Assembly (NCBI GenBank): GCA_040904565.1
Contig: JBBDTI010000066.1
Span: 1-25,138, forward strand
DNA from: Rhodothermales bacterium
GTDB lineage: Bacteria; Bacteroidota; Rhodothermia; Rhodothermales; VXPQ01
Direction of reading: 5' to 3'
Length of the DNA: 25,138 nucleotides
Shown here: positions 17,876 through 25,138 of the stretch, in pieces
How positions within the stretch are numbered: the first letter of the stretch is position 1
Layout of the letters: every line of letters starts with the position of its first letter
Made by a program: the position numbers and the translations under genes
The notes under the pieces: generated by a model
The model's input: only the letters and a program-made list of their open reading frames with translations
Database searches by the model: none
What the model was told of the DNA's origin: nothing

Positions 17876-20686
17876 TCAGGGAAGGTGATACGTCAGCCGC
17901 GCAAGGGCCAGCCGTCCCAGCTGGGGGGCGCCGATAAATTCCCTGTGCGTCTGGTCGAGCGCATTCATCACGGACACGTCGAGCCGGAGTCCGGGCACCA
18001 TCGCGTCGAAATCGTATCCGGCGCCGAGATCCAGCATCGTATATGCGTCTACGATCCCTTCGTACGGCCCCGACCTGACGGTAAACTCGCCGATATACCG
18101 CACCGACGCGTTCGCACGCCAGCCGGCCGGTGCCGTATAATCGAACCCGGCCTTCACCTTCGTCCGCGGGGCGTTCATGGACAGCTCCAGCGTCGTCCCC
18201 GATTCGTCGAGCTCCTCCGCGTCGAAAAAATTGTCATTGAGCCACGACAGGTTGGCGAAGACGTCGAGGCGATCGCTGACCATGTACCGCGTCGACACGT
18301 CGACGCCGTAATAGTCGACCTCCCCGTAATTGCGATACGTCAGGAGAAGCTGTCCGGGAATCGCGTTTTCTCGCGGCTGCACGATGCCGATCGGCGATCC
18401 CTGTCCGGGCAGGCCGTCTTCGAGCTGATCCCGCGAAAGCTCCGTCAGGAGCGCGGCTGCCGCCTCGGCGGACAACCCGTACTGCTGCAACGCACCGTTG
18501 AGCGTGGCGTTGCCCTCGATGCCGGCGGCCATGGCCGTCTGCAGGTCGCCGATGACGGCGTCGCTCGCGGGCGCCAGCACGAACGGCGACTCGACCTGAA
18601 GGGGCCCCACGAAATTGCGCTTTCTGACGTAGAACCCATCGACGGCGACGAGCAGTCTGTCATTGAAGAGCCCCTTGTATCCCAGCTCGTAGGTCTGACT
18701 GACCGTCTGTTTGAGCGGCTGGATGTCGAGGACGTCGTCCGCCGTCCGATCGATCGTGAGCGTGGTCAGGTTCAAAAAACCGAGGTCGGATTCCGTCGTG
18801 CCGGTAACGTTCGTACCGGCCTGCGGGCTCAGCAGCGCGACGAGCTGCTCGATCTCCTCCTCGGAAAGTTCGAGACCCTGTGACTGGAGGATGGCCTGAA
18901 GCTGCGGCGTCGGTATCGCCGCCAGCGACGTGTAGACCTGATCGTAGACGACGTCGAGCGGCATGCCGACGGCCATCTGCGCGCCGAAACGTTCCGGAAT
19001 GAGGCTCGACGCGATGAGGTCGCCCTGCGGATCCCGCTGAAAGTGATAGCCGTCGACGGCCCCACGCGCGCGGATCGTCAGCGGTCCGGCCGAACCGGCA
19101 TTGATATCCAGGAAGAGCGAGTTCGTGCCGGGCGACGAAAAGGCGCGGTTGAAGGTGGCGCGCAAACTATGCGACGCATTCGGTTTCAGGACGAGCGCGG
19201 CCCGCGGCGAGACCTGCACCTCGTCGACTACGTTGTTGTGATCGGCGCGAAGCGCCACCGTGGCGTCCAGCTTCGGGTGCAGCCGTGCGGTTCCCTGTGC
19301 ATACGCGCCCACCTCCTGAATCTGGTCGTCGTCTTCGTTGCGCCCGTTGATCGTTCCATCGGTGTCGGGCGCCGTCAACTCGTAGTCGGCTCCCACGATG
19401 AGGCGCAGCCGATCCTCCATCACGCTGAAATCGTACTGCGCCTGTGCGTTGAAGAGGCGGGAGTTGTCGACGACCTGCGCGATGGCGGATTCCCGGTAGA
19501 CGAACGAGTCGCCGGCATCGTTGGCGTTCACGTACGCCTGGGCGAAGAAGCTTCCGGCGTCGAGCCGAAGCTGGCCGTAGGTGTAGCCGAAACCGTCGGA
19601 CTGCAAGGTACCGATGCCGGAAAGGAAAATGCTCTTGGAGGAGGCAAACCCGCCGTTGGCCGTAAGCGTGACATCCGGACGAAATCGATACGAGAGCGTA
19701 CCGTTGACGTTGTACTTATGGTTGTCGTAATCGACGGGAAGCGCCTCATCTCTAAAGCTCGCCAGCTGAAGACTGTCGAGGCGATCGTTCGGATCGAAAT
19801 GCCACTCCTCCGCACGGGAGAAATTTCCGACGATCTTGTATCCGAGCCGATCGTTCACGACGCCGGCATGGCGGCCGGAAAACAGAAACATATCGCGCGA
19901 TCCCCCGCCGACGCTGACCGTCGTTCCGGGATAGCTGAACGGATCTTTCGTGATGAAGTGAACGACCCCCGCATCTACGCCGGCGCCGTAGAGCGCCGAT
20001 CCCGGACCCCGCACGACTTCGACCCGCTCCAGATCCAGCTGCGTGATGGGCATCATGTTGTAGGCATTTACGCCCAACGAGGCGATCGCACCCTGGCGAT
20101 AATCGGTCAGAACGTACGTCGCCCCCGAGAAGGCATTGTTGAATCCCCGCAGTACGATTTCATACCGATCCACGCCCGTCTGTGCCATGTCGACGCCCGT
20201 CGTATTCCGAAGTACGCCGGCCGACGACGGTACGACGTTCGATTCGATTTCGTCCGTACCGAGTACCGAGATCGACGCCGGAGCATCCAGCACCTTCTCG
20301 GCCTGCCTTGAGGCCGTAACCACGACCGCGTTCAGGTCGAAACCCGACGGATCCAGGGCCGCATCCACCGTCTCCCGGTCGCCCGACTGAAGGGAGATCT
20401 CCACGCGCGCCTCCGCGTATCCGACATACCGAAACGCGACCGTGTAGTCGCCCGGCTCGACGTTGGTAATCTGATAGGTACCATCGGCCCCCGTGGCCGC
20501 CCCGCTCACCATCGAACCGTTCTCACGGAGCAGCACGACGTTGGCACCGATCAGCGGCAGCCCGTCGCCCGCGTCGATCACGGTTCCGCTGATGACGGCG
20601 CGCTGCTGCGCCCGCGCCGGACCGGATGTAAGCGCTACCAGAAGCAGGAGCCAGACAAACGTGCATAACTTCGAGAGGTGTGGCAT
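17876..20686 (-). CDS. TonB-dependent receptor with N-terminal carboxypeptidase-regulatory-like domain
   Basis: Signal peptide (..ARA|QQ); ISGTVIDA..PLIGANV..YVGY domain; TonB-box-like AVVVTASR; plug motif LERVEVVRGPGSALYG..GVVHFITK; barrel motifs YELGYKG and NALD near the C-terminus; 936 aa. Confidence 0.93.
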   Translation of the reverse strand: MPHLSKLCTFVWLLLLVALTSGPARAQQRAVISGTVIDAGDGLPLIGANVVLLRENGSMVSGAATGADGTYQITNVEPGDYTVAFRYVGYAEARVEISLQSGDRETVDAALDPSGFDLNAVVVTASRQAEKVLDAPASISVLGTDEIESNVVPSSAGVLRNTTGVDMAQTGVDRYEIVLRGFNNAFSGATYVLTDYRQGAIASLGVNAYNMMPITQLDLERVEVVRGPGSALYGAGVDAGVVHFITKDPFSYPGTTVSVGGGSRDMFLFSGRHAGVVNDRLGYKIVGNFSRAEEWHFDPNDRLDSLQLASFRDEALPVDYDNHKYNVNGTLSYRFRPDVTLTANGGFASSKSIFLSGIGTLQSDGFGYTYGQLRLDAGSFFAQAYVNANDAGDSFVYRESAIAQVVDNSRLFNAQAQYDFSVMEDRLRLIVGADYELTAPDTDGTINGRNEDDDQIQEVGAYAQGTARLHPKLDATVALRADHNNVVDEVQVSPRAALVLKPNASHSLRATFNRAFSSPGTNSLFLDINAGSAGPLTIRARGAVDGYHFQRDPQGDLIASSLIPERFGAQMAVGMPLDVVYDQVYTSLAAIPTPQLQAILQSQGLELSEEEIEQLVALLSPQAGTNVTGTTESDLGFLNLTTLTIDRTADDVLDIQPLKQTVSQTYELGYKGLFNDRLLVAVDGFYVRKRNFVGPLQVESPFVLAPASDAVIGDLQTAMAAGIEGNATLNGALQQYGLSAEAAAALLTELSRDQLEDGLPGQGSPIGIVQPRENAIPGQLLLTYRNYGEVDYYGVDVSTRYMVSDRLDVFANLSWLNDNFFDAEELDESGTTLELSMNAPRTKVKAGFDYTAPAGWRANASVRYIGEFTVRSGPYEGIVDAYTMLDLGAGYDFDAMVPGLRLDVSVMNALDQTHREFIGAPQLGRLALARLTYHLP

Positions 20687-20737
20687 ATCGTTCGAGCTCA
20701 GACAGTTACGTAGGGCGAACGGGAGGATGAACGGTAC

Positions 20738-20785
20738 GAAAAAAACGGCAGCGCGGCCGGTACGTCCCGATCTCGGGACATTATA
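20738..20785 (-). promoter_or_regulatory. Regulatory cluster upstream of the TonB receptor: TATAAT, palindrome, short hairpin plus U-tract
   Basis: Minus strand: TATAAT (20785-20780), GTCCCGA-GA-TCGGGAC (20779-20764), then CGGC-CGCGCT-GCCG followed by T7. No recognisable -35. Confidence 0.4.
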
Positions 20786-20811
20786 CGAAATTAGTCGCCC
20801 GTGCGTCCGCG

Positions 20812-22104
20812 CTAAAGACCCACGCGCTCGAAGATCAGGTCGACGTTTCGAAGATGATAGGCGGGGTCGAACGCGTCCGCGACATCCTCCGGCGACAGGC
20901 GTTCCATCAGCTCGTCGCTCGACTCGACGATGTCCCGGAACGAGCGTTCTTCCTCCCAGGCCCGCATCGCCAGCGGCTGTACGAGATCGTACGCCTCCTC
21001 CCGGTTCATGCCCGTATCGATCAGCTTCAGGAGGAGCCGCTGGCTGTTATAGAGCCCGTGCGTGCGGTCCATGTTGCGCCGCATGTTGTCCGGGTAGACG
21101 ACCAGCTTCTCGACGATGCCGGCAAACCGGCTCAGCGCATAATGCAGGATGGTCGTCGCGTCCGGAATGATGACGCGCTCCACCGAGGAATGGGAGATGT
21201 CCCGCTCGTGCCACAAGGCCACATTCTCGTAGGCCGAAACCATGTACCCGCGCAGCAGCCGCGCGCACCCCGTGATGTTCTCCGAGCCGACGGGATTTCG
21301 CTTGTGCGGCATGGCCGACGAGCCCTTCTGGCCTTTGCCGAAGGCCTCTTCCACTTCACGCACTTCACTCTTCTGGAGACCGCGTACCTCTACGGCCATC
21401 TTCTCCAGCGACGCCCCGATCAGCGCGAGGACGGAGAGATAGTTGGCGTGCCGATCGCGCTGCAGCACCTGCGTCGAAATCGGGGCGGGCTGGAGCCCCA
21501 AACGCTCGCACGTGATGCGCTCTACGTCGGGCGGAATGTGCGCGAACGTCCCGACGGCGCCGGAGAGCTTGCCGACGGACATCTCGTCGACGACATCTAC
21601 AAGGCGCTTTCGGTTGCGCGTCATCTCCGCATAGTACAGGGCCAGCTTCAGTCCGAGCGTCGTCGGCTCGGCGTGCACGCCGTGCGTTCGACCCATCATC
21701 AGCGTCGTCTTGTGTTCGCGGGCGCGATCGGCCAGCACCTCGAGCATCCTGTCGACGGCGCCGAGCAGCAGTTCATTGGCCTTCTTCAGGCGCACCATCA
21801 GCGCCGTGTCGACGACGTCGGAGGAGGTGAGACCGTAGTGAACCCACTTCCGCTCTTCCCCGAGCGACTCGCTGACGGACCGCGTGAACGCCACGACGTC
21901 GTGCCTCGTCGCTCGTTCGATCTCGTGAATGCGGTCGACGTCGAACGTCGCCTTCTCGTACAGCAGCGCTACGTCTTCCTTCGGGATGACGCCCAGCTCG
22001 GACCAGGCGGCGCAGGCGGCCAGCTCGACGTCGAGCCAGGACTGGAACTGGCTCTGCTCGCTCCAGAGCTCGGCCATTTCGGGGCGGGTATATCGGTCGA
22101 TCAT
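20812..22104 (-). CDS. purB: Adenylosuccinate lyase
   Basis: [28 protein letters not shown], fumarate-lyase signature [24 protein letters not shown]. Confidence 0.98.
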   Translation of the reverse strand: MIDRYTRPEMAELWSEQSQFQSWLDVELAACAAWSELGVIPKEDVALLYEKATFDVDRIHEIERATRHDVVAFTRSVSESLGEERKWVHYGLTSSDVVDTALMVRLKKANELLLGAVDRMLEVLADRAREHKTTLMMGRTHGVHAEPTTLGLKLALYYAEMTRNRKRLVDVVDEMSVGKLSGAVGTFAHIPPDVERITCERLGLQPAPISTQVLQRDRHANYLSVLALIGASLEKMAVEVRGLQKSEVREVEEAFGKGQKGSSAMPHKRNPVGSENITGCARLLRGYMVSAYENVALWHERDISHSSVERVIIPDATTILHYALSRFAGIVEKLVVYPDNMRRNMDRTHGLYNSQRLLLKLIDTGMNREEAYDLVQPLAMRAWEEERSFRDIVESSDELMERLSPEDVADAFDPAYHLRNVDLIFERVGL

Positions 22105-22234
22105 CGGTCCACGGGTCTATGGGATGTACTCCTCGTAAAAGAGGATATCGGATTGGAGATCGCGCGTCGAGCGGCGGCCGTCGAACAAACGAAGAATCCG
22201 GGAGCATGCCGGCCGGGCTGCGTACGAACGAGCA

Positions 22235-22846
22235 CTAAAACGTCCCGCGCTTTTCACGAAGGTATTTGTTGAGGAGCTCGCGTGCTCGGAAGATGTGGGC
22301 CTTGACCGTGCCGAGCGGTAGGTCGAGCTCGCGGGCGATCTCATCGTACGTGCGTTCGTGCTGGTGTCGCAGCACGATAACGCGGTAGTACTTCGGGGGG
22401 AGCCGGTCGATGGCTTCCTGGATGAGCGTCTTGCGCTGATCCTCTACGACGTGCCGGTCCGGCCGGTACGTCGTGTCGGGAAGCTCCACGTCCATCTCCC
22501 CTTCGCGCGTCTTGATCGGCCTGTCGATCGACTGCGTCTTCAGCTTTTTCTTGCGCAGATAGTCGATCGCATGATTCGTCGCGATCTTGTAGAGCCACGT
22601 CGAGAAGGCGTATTCCGTGGAATACGAATCGAGCGCGGAAAATGCCTTGATAAAGCTCTCCTGCACGAGATCGTCGATCTCCTTCCGATCCCGCACGATC
22701 TTGCGGATGTGATGAAAGAGCGCGTTCTGATACTTGTCGACCAGGGCCGCGTAGGCCGATTCGTCCCCCCTCAGGGCCCGGGCCACGAATTCCTTATCCT
22801 GCTCGGCGGATTCTGACGGAGACGTATCGGACTTCCTTCCTGCCAT
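22235..22846 (-). CDS. ECF sigma-70 family RNA polymerase sigma factor (SigW/RpoE-like)
   Basis: Region 2 DDLVQESFIKAF, FSTWLYKIATNHAIDYLRK; region 4 TYDEIARELDLPLGTVKAHIFRAR. Start chosen at ATG 22846; ATG 22870 is possible. Confidence 0.93.
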   Translation of the reverse strand: MAGRKSDTSPSESAEQDKEFVARALRGDESAYAALVDKYQNALFHHIRKIVRDRKEIDDLVQESFIKAFSALDSYSTEYAFSTWLYKIATNHAIDYLRKKKLKTQSIDRPIKTREGEMDVELPDTTYRPDRHVVEDQRKTLIQEAIDRLPPKYYRVIVLRHQHERTYDEIARELDLPLGTVKAHIFRARELLNKYLREKRGTF

Positions 22847-23171
22847 GAATGGGTGATCCGCGACGTGCATCGCGGACCGGTCTGCATTGAGTCGAATGAT
22901 TGGATACGATGTGGGTCGGCACCGACGCCGTTTCCGGCACCGATCGAAGATAGCCATTCCCGCATCAAATTTTTTCGCCGAAATGACGTACTCTCATCGA
23001 GGGAGGATACAGAACCCACAGGCGAACGCTCTGTTAGAGTTGGAGTACGCCGTCGCAATGGCGTCGTGATTCACTGCAGCGCCCGCCGCACCGCAGCAAT
23101 CTAAGGCAGCAATCCACGGCAGCGCGACGCGCGCGCAGTTTCTAAACACCTCACAACCTGTCTGACTCTTT

Positions 23172-23933
23172 ATGGCCGGTCATAATAAATGGTCGAAGAT
23201 CAAACGCCAGAAGGCGAAGGCCGATAAGCGGAAGTCTAAGATATGGGCCCGTCTTTCGCGTGACATTACGGTCGCAGCCCGAGAAGGGGGCGGCGACCCC
23301 GAGATGAACGCGTCTCTGTCCATGGTCATCGACAAGGCCAAGGCGGAGAACATGCCCAAGGACAATATCGAACGGGCCATCAAGCGTGGCACGGGCGAGA
23401 TCCAGGGGGAAGACTACGAGGAGGTTACCTACGAGGGATACGGACCGAACGGCGTCGCCGTGTTCGTCGAGTCTCTGACGGACAATACGAACCGCACGGT
23501 CGCCGACATCCGGCACGTCTTCAGCAAGGCCGGCGGCAGCCTCGGTAAGTCGGGCTCGGTCGGATACCTGTTCGAGCGGAAGGGGATGATCGAGGTGCCG
23601 GTTGCCGAACACGACGAGCTGGAGGTCTTCGAGATCGTTGCAGAGGCCGGAGCGGAAGATCTGCAGCGCCAGGACGATACGTTCGTCATTACCACTCCCG
23701 TGGACCAGTTCGTCGTCGTCGAATCCGCCCTCAAAGCCGCCGGCATCGACATCGAGGAAGCCACCCTCTACCGCGAGCCTACGACGACGGTTACGCTTTC
23801 CGAGAGCGAATCGCGGAAGGTCGTGCGGCTTATCGAGCAGCTGGAGGAGTTGCAGGACGTCCAGGCCGTGTTTACGACGCTGGAAATGAACGGAGAGCCC
23901 GTCGCCGCCGTGTCGTCGGAAGACACCGACTAG
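23172..23933 (+). CDS. yebC: YebC/PmpR (TACO1) family protein
   Basis: MAGHNKWSKIKRQK, NMPKDNIERAIKRG, YEGYGPNG, TDNTNRT, LFERKG; usual position upstream of ruvC. Confidence 0.97.
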   Translation: MAGHNKWSKIKRQKAKADKRKSKIWARLSRDITVAAREGGGDPEMNASLSMVIDKAKAENMPKDNIERAIKRGTGEIQGEDYEEVTYEGYGPNGVAVFVESLTDNTNRTVADIRHVFSKAGGSLGKSGSVGYLFERKGMIEVPVAEHDELEVFEIVAEAGAEDLQRQDDTFVITTPVDQFVVVESALKAAGIDIEEATLYREPTTTVTLSESESRKVVRLIEQLEELQDVQAVFTTLEMNGEPVAAVSSEDTD

Positions 23934-24033
23934 CGCGACGATCGACGCTTCGTCCGAACACGGTGCGCCACAGCGCGTTGCGTCCGATTCCGTATCCTCT
24001 GGTGCCGCCTTACATCAACCTACCATCCCCACG

Positions 24034-24582
24034 ATGATCGTTCTCGGCATAGATCCCGGCTCCCGACTCACCGGGTTTGGGGTGGTCGAGGTCGACGGCC
24101 CGAAAGAAACCGTTATCGAATACGGCGTCCTGCGTCTCGACAAACACGGCAGCCACCAGCTCCGACTAAAGGAGGTCTACGATCGTATTTCCGAAGTCGC
24201 CGCAAGGGTGCACCCGGACGAATGCGCCATCGAGATGCCTATCTACGGCCGCAATCCGCAGTCCATGCTGAAACTCGGCCGGGCCCAGGCCGCTGCCATG
24301 ATGGCCGTCCTGAATCGAGACGTGCCGGTCACCGAGTACGCCCCCAAAGAGGTGAAGAAATCGGTTACGGGGCGGGGAAATGCGTCCAAGGAGCAGGTCT
24401 GGTACATGGTCCGTGCCATCCTGCAGCTGGATGAGTCGAAAGATGCGATGATGCTCGATGCATCCGACGCGCTGGCGGTCGGACTCTGTCACGCGCACCG
24501 TCTGACGAAGAGCGGTTCGTCGAAGAAGCACACCGGCTGGGAGAGCTTTCTACGGTCGAATCCGGACCGCATCGCAGAATAG
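24034..24582 (+). CDS. ruvC: Holliday junction endodeoxyribonuclease RuvC
   Basis: LGIDPG, AIE, EYAPKEVKKSVTGRGNASKEQV, DASDALAVG, with all four catalytic acidic positions present. Confidence 0.97.
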   Translation: MIVLGIDPGSRLTGFGVVEVDGPKETVIEYGVLRLDKHGSHQLRLKEVYDRISEVAARVHPDECAIEMPIYGRNPQSMLKLGRAQAAAMMAVLNRDVPVTEYAPKEVKKSVTGRGNASKEQVWYMVRAILQLDESKDAMMLDASDALAVGLCHAHRLTKSGSSKKHTGWESFLRSNPDRIAE

Positions 24583-24694
24583 GGCCTGGATCGGGCAGTC
24601 CGGGTTTGGCACTCAGTAGTTTGCCTGTCCGCTATGAGACCGCAGCGCAGTGGCGGGCGATCGCATCGTCGCAGCTCGATCTCAGCTTCGCAGC

Positions 24695-24982
24695 TCAGTC
24701 GTAGAAGTGTCCTCGTTCTTCATCGCGGACGCGGACGACTTCCGCCACCTCGTCTTCGTCGAGCTTTCCCGCCATCTCGAGGATCAACCGGGCGATCTGG
24801 CGATCTTTATTCGGCGCCTGATTCCATTCGGGATGGGCCTGTTCGACGATGCTGGCAAGTATCCGGAGATAGGGATAGCGCTGCTCGGCCGTCTCTAGCT
24901 CGGCGATCGCCTGAGCGAACAGCTCGCCATTGCGACCCACCTGCCGGTCGATCATCTTCGTATTAAACTCTATGGAGCTCAC
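24695..24982 (-). CDS. Small hypothetical helical protein, distant resemblance to the DUF4290 N-terminal domain
   Basis: 95-aa ORF with GTG start, natural composition and a promoter candidate upstream. The pattern EFNT..GR...P...P.....M..KLD recalls Bacteroidota DUF4290 (from memory, not searched). Confidence 0.65.
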   Translation of the reverse strand: MSSIEFNTKMIDRQVGRNGELFAQAIAELETAEQRYPYLRILASIVEQAHPEWNQAPNKDRQIARLILEMAGKLDEDEVAEVVRVRDEERGHFYD

Positions 24983-25059
24983 GCTGTGGTTACGGTTTTA
25001 CTGGATTCGATACTAACGTTTTCGAAATGAAATCGCCGAAAGAGGTGACGTGTTGATTT

Positions 25060-25088
25060 ATAATAGCCATCCGGGCACCGATAACCAA
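25060..25088 (-). promoter_or_regulatory. Putative sigma70-type promoter for the 24695-24982 gene
   Basis: Minus strand: TTGGTT (25088-25083), 17 nt, TATTAT (25065-25060). Confidence 0.45.
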
Positions 25089-25138
25089 GTCGTGACGCCC
25101 GGGCACGGCCCCGTTCGCGTCATTTTCGCGGCGTGTTA

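Noticed and set aside
22105-22234. Purine or ZTP riboswitch upstream of purB
   Set aside because: No recognisable aptamer consensus or expression-platform terminator.
24034-24582. RuvC as part of a Cas9/Cas12/TnpB or transposon system
   Set aside because: It is a stand-alone 182-aa canonical resolvase in the usual yebC-ruvC context; no repeat-spacer array, cas gene or transposon end occurs in the window.
24585-24606. Hairpin after ruvC as an intrinsic terminator
   Set aside because: The stem relies on several G-U pairs and is followed by only about 3 U; not well enough supported.

Overview
GC-rich core-genome segment. Gene content and protein style suggest an FCB-group bacterium, most likely Rhodothermales-like (inference, no database search). 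Left to right: (-) the 5' end of an SDR oxidoreductase cut by the window edge, folE, and a 6-pyruvoyltetrahydropterin synthase with a CX5HGH motif, together a candidate tetrahydrobiopterin-type operon; (+) a HIT/Hint hydrolase, a 691-aa unknown exported beta-rich protein and coaE; (-) ribBA, yajC, SRP RNA (ffs), priA, rpe, the partial complex I cluster nuoA-H (no nuoI-N), a 936-aa TonB-dependent receptor, purB and an ECF sigma factor; (+) yebC and ruvC; (-) a small, distant DUF4290-like gene. I found no mobile elements, CRISPR arrays, tRNA/rRNA or defence genes. The best leads are the PTPS-folE-SDR pterin operon, the uncharacterised outer-membrane barrel and the TonB receptor with duplicated helical loop insertions. 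None is demonstrably a new system from sequence alone.
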